A DNA stretch of 64,000 nt from positions 13,826,001-13,890,000 of the forward strand of contig OZ281497.1 of the NCBI GenBank assembly GCA_965637545.1, in the 5' to 3' direction. The notes under the pieces were generated by a model. It did not search any database and was not told where the DNA came from. It saw nothing but the letters and a program-made list of their open reading frames with translations. This stretch comes from Phallusia mammillata. Its lineage: Eukaryota. How positions within the stretch are numbered: the first letter of the stretch is position 1; each line of letters begins with the position of its first letter. Shown here piece by piece: positions 39,201-48,498 of the stretch. The translations under genes and the position numbers were made by a program.

Positions 39201-42200
39201 TGGACGCAGTGGTCGTCATGGAGCAGATGCAGTCGAACTTGTGGTGGTGGAGAAAGTTCCAGAAACCGTGTTTGCACCAACGGGGAAATCGGAGACATCG
39301 GATGCGGCGGAGAGGCGGCAGAATATAGAAACTGCAGCCAAAGCGTAAGTTCTATCAACGAAAAATAATGTTTGCATTAAAAAAAAATATTCTTGATGTC
39401 TACAAAATAATAGATGCACAGTAAATCTTTGGCCGAATTGGCGTAGTATAACTAAGATCCAACCTTCCTTGCATACTGCTTGGAGATAACGCTATAATAT
39501 ACTTCCATGTTTTTTGCAAATATTTTGTGATTAAGTTTGCTTACTATTCTCCTTTGGTGTTGTGTCGATTTTGGCCCTTCTAATTACTGTTTTTGTTTTT
39601 TTGTTACAAACTTAACATTGCATCACAAATTGTATTTGTAGGTCTGCCCATCATGGACTACCTGGTCTTCTTGGGGAGATTGTAGCGCCACATGTGGTGT
39701 CGGTTATTACTCGAGACAGCGATCTTGTCAGAACGGCATGATCGGCGACATTGGATGTAACGATGTTGCGAGTGAAAGGGATTCGTGCGGAAGTCTGGTA
39801 ATTATTAAAAACAAATTGTTTGAGAACAACATACGGCTACTTGACTTGAAACTATATGTATATTTAAAGTGTACATTTTATATCAATTACACGTGCATAC
39901 TTTATCATACAACACAAGTCTTGTACATTGTTATACACACTGTATTTTTATTTAGTGGTTTGCTGTATATCAACTTTAAAGCTTTTACATCCTTGTTTAC
40001 AAGCGCCTGCGTTACTGCCTTTGAATTTAACCCAACTATTTGATTAACAGTTGGATCGTTGTCCGACCTGGGCCGAATGGGGATCGTGGAGTCAGTGCAC
40101 AAAGACATGTGCGGGTGGTGACAGAACTCATGTTCGTATTTGTTTGAATGGAAATGTTGGTGATATCGGATGTGATACTGGAGAGCAAGAAACAGAAGCT
40201 TGCAACTCGATGGTAAGTAAACATATTTTTAGACAACTTTGATGTTTTTTTAAAGAATATGTTTTTTCGGCTAATTCACGAGGCAACCGATTTTTGAAAC
40301 CAATTTTGTGGGCTGTATGGAAACCCTTTATCGCTTTATGTAAATGAAAAGTTTTGTTGTCTACCTTTTTTCAATTGTCGTTAACTTTCAGGTTTGTCCT
40401 ACTTGGACACCATGGTCAAGTTGGTCTGCATGTTCACTCACCTGTGGTTCCGGCTCGCGCTACAGAACTCGCGGATGCCAGGGTGGCAAGTTTGGTGAAG
40501 TCGGTTGTGACGGCGATATCCGAATTGACGAAAACTGTAACGTTCAGGTACAAAATATAAGTAAATTAAAAACCGTAAATTTGTGCTAACATTTGTTTAC
40601 TTTTAAACAACAACCATTTAGCGTATTTTTTTCACGTCAGATCTTTACGAATATATATGTATCTCTTATCAGACCTTATACTATGTTAACTTTTACAAAG
40701 CCACTTATCTGATGATTTTTTTTGTAGAACTGCCCGACTTGGTCTGCGTGGGGTGCGTGGAGCGATTGTAGCAAAACGTGTGGTGAGGGCATTTACTCTC
40801 ATGAAAGAGAATGTATTAACGGTCAAGTTGGTGATCTTGGATGTGACGGACCCACGGTGGTCGAAAATGTTTGTCAAGTGAAGGTATGGTGCCATTTTGA
40901 TTTCTTTTGTTTCTTTTGAAGTTAATATTTTTTTTGCCATCCAAGTAAAAATGTAAGCGCTATTTGAATGTCAATAACATGTAAAAACGCATAATAAACA
41001 AATTTCTAATCATTCGTATTTATCAACACATTTCCGTTTTGGGGGCATTACGTAGTATTTTTGCACTTTTTACGCATATACGTGAGTTTTTGGCATATTT
41101 TTAAAGTTATATATGTTCTTTGTGTAGTACAGTATTACATACACCACGTCCACGCTCGTATTTTCGTTAAATTTTTGGCATATTTTGTGTGTAGCCGTGT
41201 GCGTATTGGTCACAATGGAGTGAATATGGCAAGTGCACGAGAACATGCGGTGGTGGTCTTAAGAGCAGGGAGAGACTTTGTGTGAATGGACAAGCTGGTG
41301 ATGAAGGTTGTGAGGGATTACTAGATGAATCTGTCACCTGCGCATCAATGGTAAATAACACCGAATCAATTACATGTTACAAAATATAACATTTGATGTT
41401 GGCTATTGCACAAGTTTTCCACATACATTACATACAACTTGTGATTTAGCTTTGCCCGGTCTGGGGACCTTGGTCATCTTGGGAAGAATGTACTCGCTCA
41501 TGCGGAGGGGGAACCACCCAGAGAACTCGATCATGCGAGAACGGAGTTCAAGGACAGATCGGTTGTGAAGGATACGTGCTCGATTCACAATCTTGTGGAA
41601 CTGAAGTAAGTTGAAATAAGAGGCATGATTTTCAACCGTAAACTTGTTATTCAAAATCACTTTTTCAAAAATCTTGCATTTCTTGTTTATGCTCCTTTTG
41701 AGTATAGATGGTTGTACCAAGTAAAGAGTTAAAGCCGCTGTATGTTGAGTGTGTTAGAATTGTCTGACGTTAGTGCAAAATGATTAACTTTGCAATTTTT
41801 ACCCGAACAGCAATGCGCCACTTGGACAAGCTGGGATGAATGGTCGTCTTGCACACTCACATGTGGGGGTGGTTCACAAAAGAGATCACGTGAGTGCTCG
41901 GGTGGTGATGAAGCCGAAGAATGTTTGGGACCAGCGGAAATGACCAGAGGATGTAACTACCTGGTAAATAATCTGCTTGCGATTGTACTACCTCTTAAAA
42001 TATATCATTGATTAATTCCTATTCTAACTTTTACAACTAGTCGTGTCCTCACTGGTCTCCATGGTCGCGAGCTGATTCATGCAGTAAATCATGTGGCGGC
42101 GGACAAAGACGTGAAAGCAGAAGTTGCTTTGATGGTGAAGTCGGTGATATTGGATGTGATGGAGACGCTGAACGCTTTGTGGATTGTAACAGCCAGACTT

Positions 42201-45200
42201 GCCCAACCTGGTCGTCGTGGGGCAATTACACCAGCTGCTCGCGTTCATGCGGTGGAGGCGTCAGAAAACGACTCCGTACCTGCATTGGTGGTATAGCCGG
42301 CGTAGATGGATGTGAAGGAAGCACACAAGATCAAGTTGTCTGCCAATCTCAGGTAAATTTAAACAACCACATAAAACTCTAGGCTACACAGGATACTTTT
42401 AGTTTGGCTTTTCCATATCATAGGACCATTGTCTATTTTATTCTATATTTAACTTTTAAATTTTGAAATGTGTCACAGGAATGCCCATACTGGACAGCAT
42501 GGAGTGAATTCGGACCATGCAGTAAAACGTGCGGTGTTGCTTTGCACAAACACACTCGTACTTGTGTGAATGGCGAACCTGGAGTGCATGGCTGCGAAGG
42601 GAGCGATGAGGAAAGCGGAGTCTGTAATCTCGGAGTAAGTACTGTTTTTTTTTCTAATTTAATTAAATTCTCGTGGAAAGAACAACACCAGAGCCCGCCG
42701 TCGTCGTGTCTCTTTGTAGTTTCGTTTGGTGAATAATCTCTATAAAATTAATTTACTTTAACCCACCAAGTTTGGGTTGGCTAAAGCAATTCCGCTTAAG
42801 AATCTTGCTCTGGAGGCCAAGATAGGATTATAAACCAGAACACGCTTATCCCTTTTTTTGCTTTTTATTTGAAAGTTTTATGTACGATGACCCAAACGAT
42901 TTAAGCCGTACCTATTTGTAATACTGTTACAACTTTAAATTGTTTTTTGGTAACTTTCAAATATTTTTTGTAATCGCAGAATTGTCCACGTTTCGAACCA
43001 TGGGGATCATGGTCGCCGTGCAGCCGCACATGCGGGGGTGGTAGAACTGAACGAACGCGTTCTTGTATTGATGGGGAGATCGGAGATATTGGATGCGATG
43101 GCCCTGGCTCGGAAGAAATTGATTGTAGCCTAAGGGTAAGAGACCAAAGCGTATTGCAACTAGAAGTCATTTTATTAGCTAACGGGGTTTTAGTAGCTTA
43201 AAAAAACACAACAGTGTTTTTCTGGTTGGCCTAAGCTAATACGTTAACCATTGAGAAAATGGTTGATTCATAGTTTTAAGTGAGTTTTTAACCTAATCAC
43301 ACATTGACCAAATAAAAATATTTCAGGAATGTCCATTCTGGGGTCCATGGGGATCATGGAGTTCGTGTCCAATAACTTGTGGGTTCGGTAGAGTCACTCG
43401 ATCACGTGATTGTACTAATGGTGGAATTGATGGATCTGGTTGTGAAGGTTTCCCGGTAGAAGAACAATCGTGTGCCGAATCGGTATGTGGTGCAGAAAAA
43501 AGTCTCTTTGAAACATCTTAAATATTTAGTCAACACTGGTATTATAAGATTTAATTCAGTAAATTGCGTTCGAAAACCGATTTTGAGGTTAATTGTGTTA
43601 TGCGGTTTACTCAGAGTTAAAAGGAATTGTTTTGGTTTAGTTTTGTAATTAAGTACACTTTGCCTATTTAGGTTTGTCCCACGTGGAACAACTGGTCGGA
43701 ATGGGGAGGATGTGACGTCACATGTGGTGGAGGAAGACGCGGACGAAGTAGAACTTGTCAAAACGGCGAGGTTGGTCAGATTGGATGTGAAGGTGCAAGC
43801 AGCGAACGACAAGGCTGCAACGAACAAGTAAGTTAAAAAAATGTAATAAATATTCGTTAAAAAGAATTAGGTATTAAGTATAAATTGTTGGAGTTTGTTT
43901 ATATTCTAACGACTTGTTGCTACACAAACGCTGGTGAAACTTAAACATAGACTAAAATAAAGTTTGGTTGGACTTCACAATTCGGGCAATAGCTTCCAGA
44001 AAAACAAATGCTTTACTAAACTGATTTGTAAAAACTTTGTTGCGAAAACAAAAGATTAATACGGAGGCAATGCATACATTTAATATTCTACTATTCGTTT
44101 GCAGCAATGTCCATCGTGGGTAACATGGTCGTCATGGAGTCAATGTTCACATACTTGCGGAGGTGGAACTTACTCTAGAACTCGTTCCTGCTTGTTCGGA
44201 GAGGCTGGTCAAATCGGATGTCTTGGATTCACGCAGGAACTTGCCAATTGCCAAACCAACGTAAGTAAACTTGGTTCATTTTCTGTTCAAATGAAATCAA
44301 AAACAAAGCAAATATTTTACACGTGATAACCGCCATGTTTTTACCTTGCTAAAAATGCTTTTTGTGCGAATGCATGACTTGGTTTCAAAAAGAACTTTCT
44401 AACGCAAGGATCTACAAACCAACAGCAGAAAATGGTATTGAGTCAAAATCTTTTAAAATCACTGTTGAAATTTGAAATTTTGACGTGACTTTTTGTTTGT
44501 AGGATTGTCCATCGTGGTCAGTGTGGGCTAGCTGGACAGATTGTAGCAAAACTTGCGGTAGTGGATCTCGTTCACGATCCCGAAATTGTCAGGTCGGATC
44601 AAATCTCGTGTTAGGGTGTGAGGGAGCCAACGAACAAGTTGAAAATTGTCAAACTCAGGTAAGAATTTAAGTAAAATCGTAATTTTGTCCCCATTTGTAT
44701 GTCGCCTTTTAAATATTTCAAATTTCAAATAAAGATTTTTTTGTCTAATTTACCTTCAAAAAGTGTAATAAAACTTAAACTACAACGACAAACTTTTCAG
44801 ACTTGCCCAAGCTGGACGAGCTGGGGTCAGTGGGAAAGTTGTGATGCTGAATGTGGTGGAGGAACTCAAACAAGAAGAAGATTCTGTGACAATGGAGTTC
44901 CTGGTGACAGAGGTTGCACCGATTTGCCTACAGATTCGATTTCTTGCAATGAACAGGTACCTAAAAATGTTTATTTTTGTCGACTTAAGTTTTCCAAATA
45001 TAAATAAGCAAGATCTATTTCTAACTGTTTTTTTAAAAAAGCTCTACATTACAATTAAAAGGTGTCAACCACAAAATCTAATTGTTAACCCACAAATTTA
45101 AAATTTATACTACTGCTTTCGCTTTGGACATTTACATTGTCACACATCTAGCACAAGTGAACAAATGTCTCATTGTACACACCTTTAGATTTTAAATTGC

Positions 45201-48200
45201 CAATCAACTAACAGAATTATTGTTTATCCAACAGCCTTGCTCTCAATGGTCATCTTGGGGACAATGGGGACAATGTTCTAAAACATGTGGAGGTGGACAG
45301 CAAAGTCGTGAACGAATTTGTTTGAATGGAAATGCAGGCGACGCTGGTTGTCCTGGTTCCGCCCGAGTAACACAGATTTGTAGCGGGCAATCATGTCCTG
45401 GTAAGCATTTACTTTCACCACAACTTTTTTTTACGTTGTTTTATTTACTGATGTGTCTTCGTTTCTTATTTTTTATAATCATTTACTTTTGTGTCGTTGA
45501 ACAGTGTGCTTTAGGCAGAAACGTTATGTTATAATCTATTGTCCTGGTTAAATTTTGGCTATTTGCACTCTTAATCGACAAAAACACCTTGACAAATTTG
45601 TGCTTTATGTGATGTATTGTTTTAAACAAACATTGAACGTGTGATCCCCATTTAATATTGTTGTGATTTTCAGTATGTTCACCCAACTACGAGGATGTTG
45701 GAATGGAATCAGGTTTCGTTGTGTGCAGTGACGGTGTTGAAATCGGATCAGTTTGCACGTTCAACTGCAGAGCTGGATATCAGATTGTCGGCATGTCCAA
45801 CCTTGTATGTGAATCAGTTGCAGGTGTAGCTGCGTGGAGCAATTTACCACCAACCTGCTCAAGTAAGTTTCAAATCTTAAGTTATCTCAATTTTGTTCAT
45901 TTTTGCCGTGGCGATAAGGTTCAGTGGAGGATTTTGTAGGATTAAAACATTATTTTTTCTTTGCAGAGAAATGCAGTGACCAGGTGGACGTAGTGTTTGT
46001 CCTGGACAGCTCGTCTAGTATCAGAGCTGTCAATTTCCAGGTGGTGCGAAAGTTCTTGACCAGCCTCGTTGAGAGGTTTAACGTCGGCCCAGAAGATGCA
46101 TTGGTAAGACACCCAACTTCCTAAAATAAAAAAACAACATTTACAACAAACAGTTGTGGCAAACATATTACTTTTGGCGAAACAAAAATTGCGTTCAGTA
46201 AGAGTTAATTTGCAACTTTTGCGCAGTTTGGAGCGATTCGTTACAATAATCTCATCGACCGTCTGTGGGATCTCAACGCTTTCACCAACAAGGCCGGAGT
46301 GTTGCAGGCCATCCAACGTATTCCATACGATGGTTTCGGAACTTTAACCGGAAACGCTATAAACTACACACAACAGTTTATGTTTACCGAATCTACCGGT
46401 CGAAGAAGTGGAGTCCCGAAAATCGTAGTGGTCATCACTGATGGTAAGTCGTCTAAACAGCTTTATGTGCTCGAATAAAAATAATAGTGTTGACAATTTC
46501 GTATGTACGCGATTTGCCGATACGATAACAGGCTAACAAATTGGGAATCGTATGAATATGTCCCTCTTTTGGACTAATTTTGGGGGGTGACAGTATTTTT
46601 TTCATAATATACTACTATTTTGTGCAATGTACGAAAATAAATACCAAATTCCCTTTTTTGCCAAATTCGTTCTCCAATATACTTATTCTAATTAAAATTT
46701 GTTCTTTACACTTTAGGTATCTCGTTTGACGACGTCCAAGTACCTTCGCTACTGCTGAAGGCTGACAACACGCTGGTGGTGGCTGTTGGTATTGGTAATG
46801 TTGACATTACACAAATCAACGAGATTGCTTCCGATCCAGACGCAGACTTTGCCACGACTGTGGACGATTTCAACTCTCTCACCAAAGTGGTGAACAGCAT
46901 CACAAACCAGATTAAACTCTGTCAGGTACATGTTTTAAAAAAAAAACTTTGTTAAAACTGTATTCTTGTTGTGTTTTTTTTTTAATTACACGGTGGAGTT
47001 ACGTATGTTTAATACGAACCTGCTCCAAACTCCGTTAAAGTTTGGGGTTGGGGATCAGTTGTTATATACTAACCAAATTACGTAAAAAATACTAAAATGA
47101 CATGTTGCAAATTTGAGACAACTAAAAAGCACGCCGCAATTAATCATTTTTACTTCTATTTTCCAGGGTATTGTCAACGTTACGGATTGTCCGTCCGAAC
47201 CGGTGATGGATGTTGTGTTCGTTGTGGACAGCTCCTCTAGTATTGGGGCAGCAAACTTTGAACTTATGAGACAATTTATCACCAACCTTATCGAAGTTTT
47301 TACCGTTTCACCTTCGACTACACAGGTAAAAAATATTGTAAAAATATGTTGAATTACGTTTAGTGGCATTATGTTGCTCTTTATAATAGAAATATATGAG
47401 GTCTGATAGCAAAAGAAAAAAGTTTAACGAAAATGTTGTGTAAAAGTCAAGTTTTAAAATCATGACTATTTGGATGCGTTAACTGGATAGCGCAAGTTCA
47501 CGACAGTATGTGGGTTTACGTCAACATTTTATTTAAATCTTGTTGGTGATTCAAATACCAGTCATAGGTTACAATTAAAACAACCGTGATGTTTTTATGT
47601 CATCTGGCTTTTGGTAACATCTACCTTTACTTGCTTTCAGGTCGGGTTCTTAAGATACAATAGAGACGTTGATCCCATTTTTGAACTCAACACGCACACC
47701 ACCACGGAAAGTGTTATTACTGGTAGGTGTATTTTATATGTGCGTAAAATAACTAGAAGGGATTCACAATAACCTCGATCTAACCTTTTCACAGCCGTAA
47801 ACGGTATTGTTTATTCGGGATCTGGCACAAGAACCGGACAAGCTTTGTCGTATGCATCGACTAATTCTTTCCGGGCTTTCAACGGACGTCGACCTGGAGT
47901 ACCTGCTGTTGCTATTGTGATTACTGACGGTAAGAATTATTGTGTATAGTACAGTAATTAATGGTACAGTTTAATTTGGGTTATGAATTTGGTTGGCTGA
48001 AATTAAGTATTTTTTTTGCTGCGCTAACTTCATTTTTGTCTGGTAATATCCTAGTTTGGCCAAATCTGCCTACCAATGCTCGATCGGGGTTTAGTTGATT
48101 TTATTTCGCTCGAAGAACAGAAGCATAATAGTAAAAAATATACACATTAGCCGTAAATAGCTGTGCACTATAAGCCTACGAAGCACAAATGATGACAGTC

Positions 48201-48498
48201 CGAAACTAGTAAATCAGTAGCACGCGGGTTTCTTGACACATTTTAACATTTTTTTCCTTTCACAGGCAAAGCACAAGATCAAGTTGCCGGACCAGCCAGC
48301 GCATTACGTTTGTCCGCAGAAGTCATTGCTATTGGTATCCAGGGAGCGATTGACAGCGAACTGAGAGAAATTGCCGGACCGCCGCCAGAGGGCACTGATG
48401 CGCAGAACGTCTACAGTGTTCAAGACTTCGCAGCTCTAGCAAGTCTTATCGAGAACATCAGTCGCGCTGTGTGCTTTGCTGGCCGTGGCTCGGGCTAA
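292..48498 (+). CDS. Giant multi-exon gene (5'-partial): at least 112 tandem thrombospondin type-1 repeats + Sushi/CCP + 2 x vWA; probably a secreted extracellular-matrix/adhesive protein of more than 6,250 aa
   Basis: Read directly from the sequence: AG/GT-bounded exons join into one open frame of 18,768 nt (6,255 aa + TAA). TSR exons: 292-450, 522-677, 1081-1239, 1589-1744, 2028-2180, 2313-2465, 2538-2693, 2879-3037, 3370-3525, 3844-3999, 4255-4410, 4825-4980, 5334-5486, 5636-5791, 6046-6201, 6280-6435, 6662-6820, 7179-7334, 7638-7793, 8109-8264, 8335-8481, 8875-9033, 9604-9759, 10216-10371, 10492-10650, 11176-11334, 11731-11883, 12126-12281, 12652-12807, 12969-13124, 13356-13511, 13949-14104, 14255-14410, 14638-14793, 15029-15178, 15407-15562, 15821-15985, 16298-16453, 16526-16684, 16873-17028, 17131-17283, 17557-17709, 17782-17937, 18084-18239, 18992-19147, 19211-19354, 19521-19679, 19796-19951, 20162-20308, 20485-20637, 20850-20990, 21237-21392, 21550-21690, 21980-22135, 22476-22631, 22897-23055, 23347-23502, 23671-23826, 24188-24343, 24671-24829, 24895-25050, 25404-25559, 25879-26034, 26377-26532, 26592-26747, 27079-27234, 27439-27594, 27667-27819, 28129-28284, 28674-28826, 29029-29184, 29298-29450, 29640-29795, 30157-30312, 30496-30651, 30715-30873, 31155-31310, 31597-31752, 31927-32082, 32367-32522, 32769-32924, 33043-33186, 33278-33433, 33517-33672, 33873-34028, 34229-34384, 34521-34676, 34906-35064, 35230-35385, 35835-35987, 36275-36421, 36740-36895, 37591-37746, 38102-38251, 39189-39344, 39642-39797, 40051-40212, 40392-40547, 40728-40883, 41195-41350, 41450-41605, 41811-41963, 42041-42352, 42479-42634, 42980-43135, 43327-43482, 43672-43827, 44105-44260, 44503-44658, 44801-44956, 45235-45400. 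Then 45674-45862 (Sushi), 45967-46103, 46227-46443, 46717-46925 (vWA1), 47167-47325, 47641-47722, 47795-47929, 48266-48498 (vWA2, stop). Phases are compatible at every junction. That all exons belong to one transcript is inference. Confidence 0.88.
9211..9583. mobile_element. Probable non-autonomous element fragment with two related hairpins (intron 22)
   Basis: CCGAGCACCG (9227-9236) pairs with CGGTGCTCGG (9251-9260); CGAGCACCGA (9511-9520) pairs with TCGGTGCTCG (9538-9547). It is richer in GC than the rest of the intron and ends in CACATCCCTA. No TSD identified. Confidence 0.45.
10895..11125. repeat. 30-bp tandem duplication and scattered (T)GACCTT/GAACTT motifs (intron 25)
   Basis: cttgaacttgacctaaacataacctttaaa (10981-11010) is followed by cctgaacttgacctaaacatgacctttttg (11011-11040); related TGACCTTG motifs occur near 10899 and 11112. 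Confidence 0.6.
18462..18508 (-). ncRNA. Mirror copy of the minimal hammerhead motif on the minus strand
   Basis: Exact reverse complement of 18781-18827 within the left arm of the palindrome. Confidence 0.65.
18781..18827 (+). ncRNA. Minimal type I hammerhead ribozyme motif (Penelope-like-element type)
   Basis: CTGATGA (18786-18792), an extra A, stem II G-GCGTCTT gtat AGGACGT-C, GAAA (18814-18817), then C-GTC: palindromic ACGT stem III and a GUC cleavage triplet ending at 18821. A short stem I forms (ATC/GAT). Confidence 0.7.
38383..39068 (+). promoter_or_regulatory. ACTAAC/ACTAAY (branch-point / STAR-Quaking element) cluster with stacked 3' splice sites and AATAAA signals in intron 94
   Basis: ACTAAC at 38383, 38469, 38518, 38549, 38660, 38848, 38969, 38982, 38989 and 39016; ACTAAT at 38824 and 39060; many TAAC half-sites. 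Polypyrimidine-CAG acceptors end at 38406, 38539 and 38712. AATAAA at 38767 and 39063. Confidence 0.7.
45674..45862 (+). CDS. Sushi/CCP (SCR) domain exon of the giant gene (phase 1-1)
   Basis: Translates to (V)[62 protein letters not shown]. The motifs 'C-x-F-x-C-x-x-GY' and 'W-S-x-x-P-P-x-C' are CCP hallmarks. Acceptor tttcag at 45673, donor gtaagt at 45863. Confidence 0.9.
45967..46925 (+). CDS. von Willebrand factor A domain 1 (3 exons)
   Basis: [12 protein letters not shown] (MIDAS DxSxS), [38 protein letters not shown]: a canonical vWA fold with all MIDAS ligands apparently present. Confidence 0.95.
47167..48498 (+). CDS. von Willebrand factor A domain 2 and C-terminus (4 exons)
   Basis: [50 protein letters not shown]; ends ...[11 protein letters not shown] (TAA 48496-48498). 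No hydrophobic tail. Confidence 0.95.

Larger units (their letters stand above)
292..45400 (+). repeat. Tandem array of 111 TSR (TSP1)-coding exons / 112 domains
   Basis: Exons are 141-165 nt, mostly 156 nt (52 aa); exceptions are the 312-nt double exon and the 166-nt last exon. Consensus xCPxWSxWxxWSxCSxTCGGGxRxRxRxCxNGxxGxxGCxGxxxExxxCNxQ has the Trp ladder, CSxTCG and RxRxR motifs that define TSRs. Copies are clearly diverged from one another, and I found no in-frame stops or frameshifts. Confidence 0.97.

Noticed and set aside
292-45400. CRISPR-like or satellite array; collapsed or mis-assembled tandem repeat
   Set aside because: The units are spliced coding exons that differ substantially from each other, and the spacers are unrelated introns of variable length.
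292-45400. Dscam-style mutually exclusive splicing with docking/selector sequences
   Set aside because: I could not see a shared complementary selector motif upstream of the exons, and introns are long enough (at least about 59 nt) for sequential splicing. A computational covariation search would be needed; ordinary skipping remains possible.
952-45686. Dozens of 60-140 aa minus-strand and off-frame ORFs overlapping the TSR exons
   Set aside because: They are shadows of the stop-poor TSR exons running into introns; they show no coherent domain, splice structure or shared frame.
292-48498. Naming the giant gene hemicentin, SCO-spondin, ADAMTS or properdin
   Set aside because: The window contains no Ig, EGF, vWD, LDLa or protease domains, and the repeat number and C-terminal Sushi-vWA-vWA do not match those families, so no symbol was assigned.
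39189-48498. A second, separate gene starting after the ACTAAC intron
   Set aside because: Exon 95 begins at an ordinary phase-0 acceptor with no Met or signal peptide, and no promoter-like or signal-peptide exon is visible in 38252-39188.
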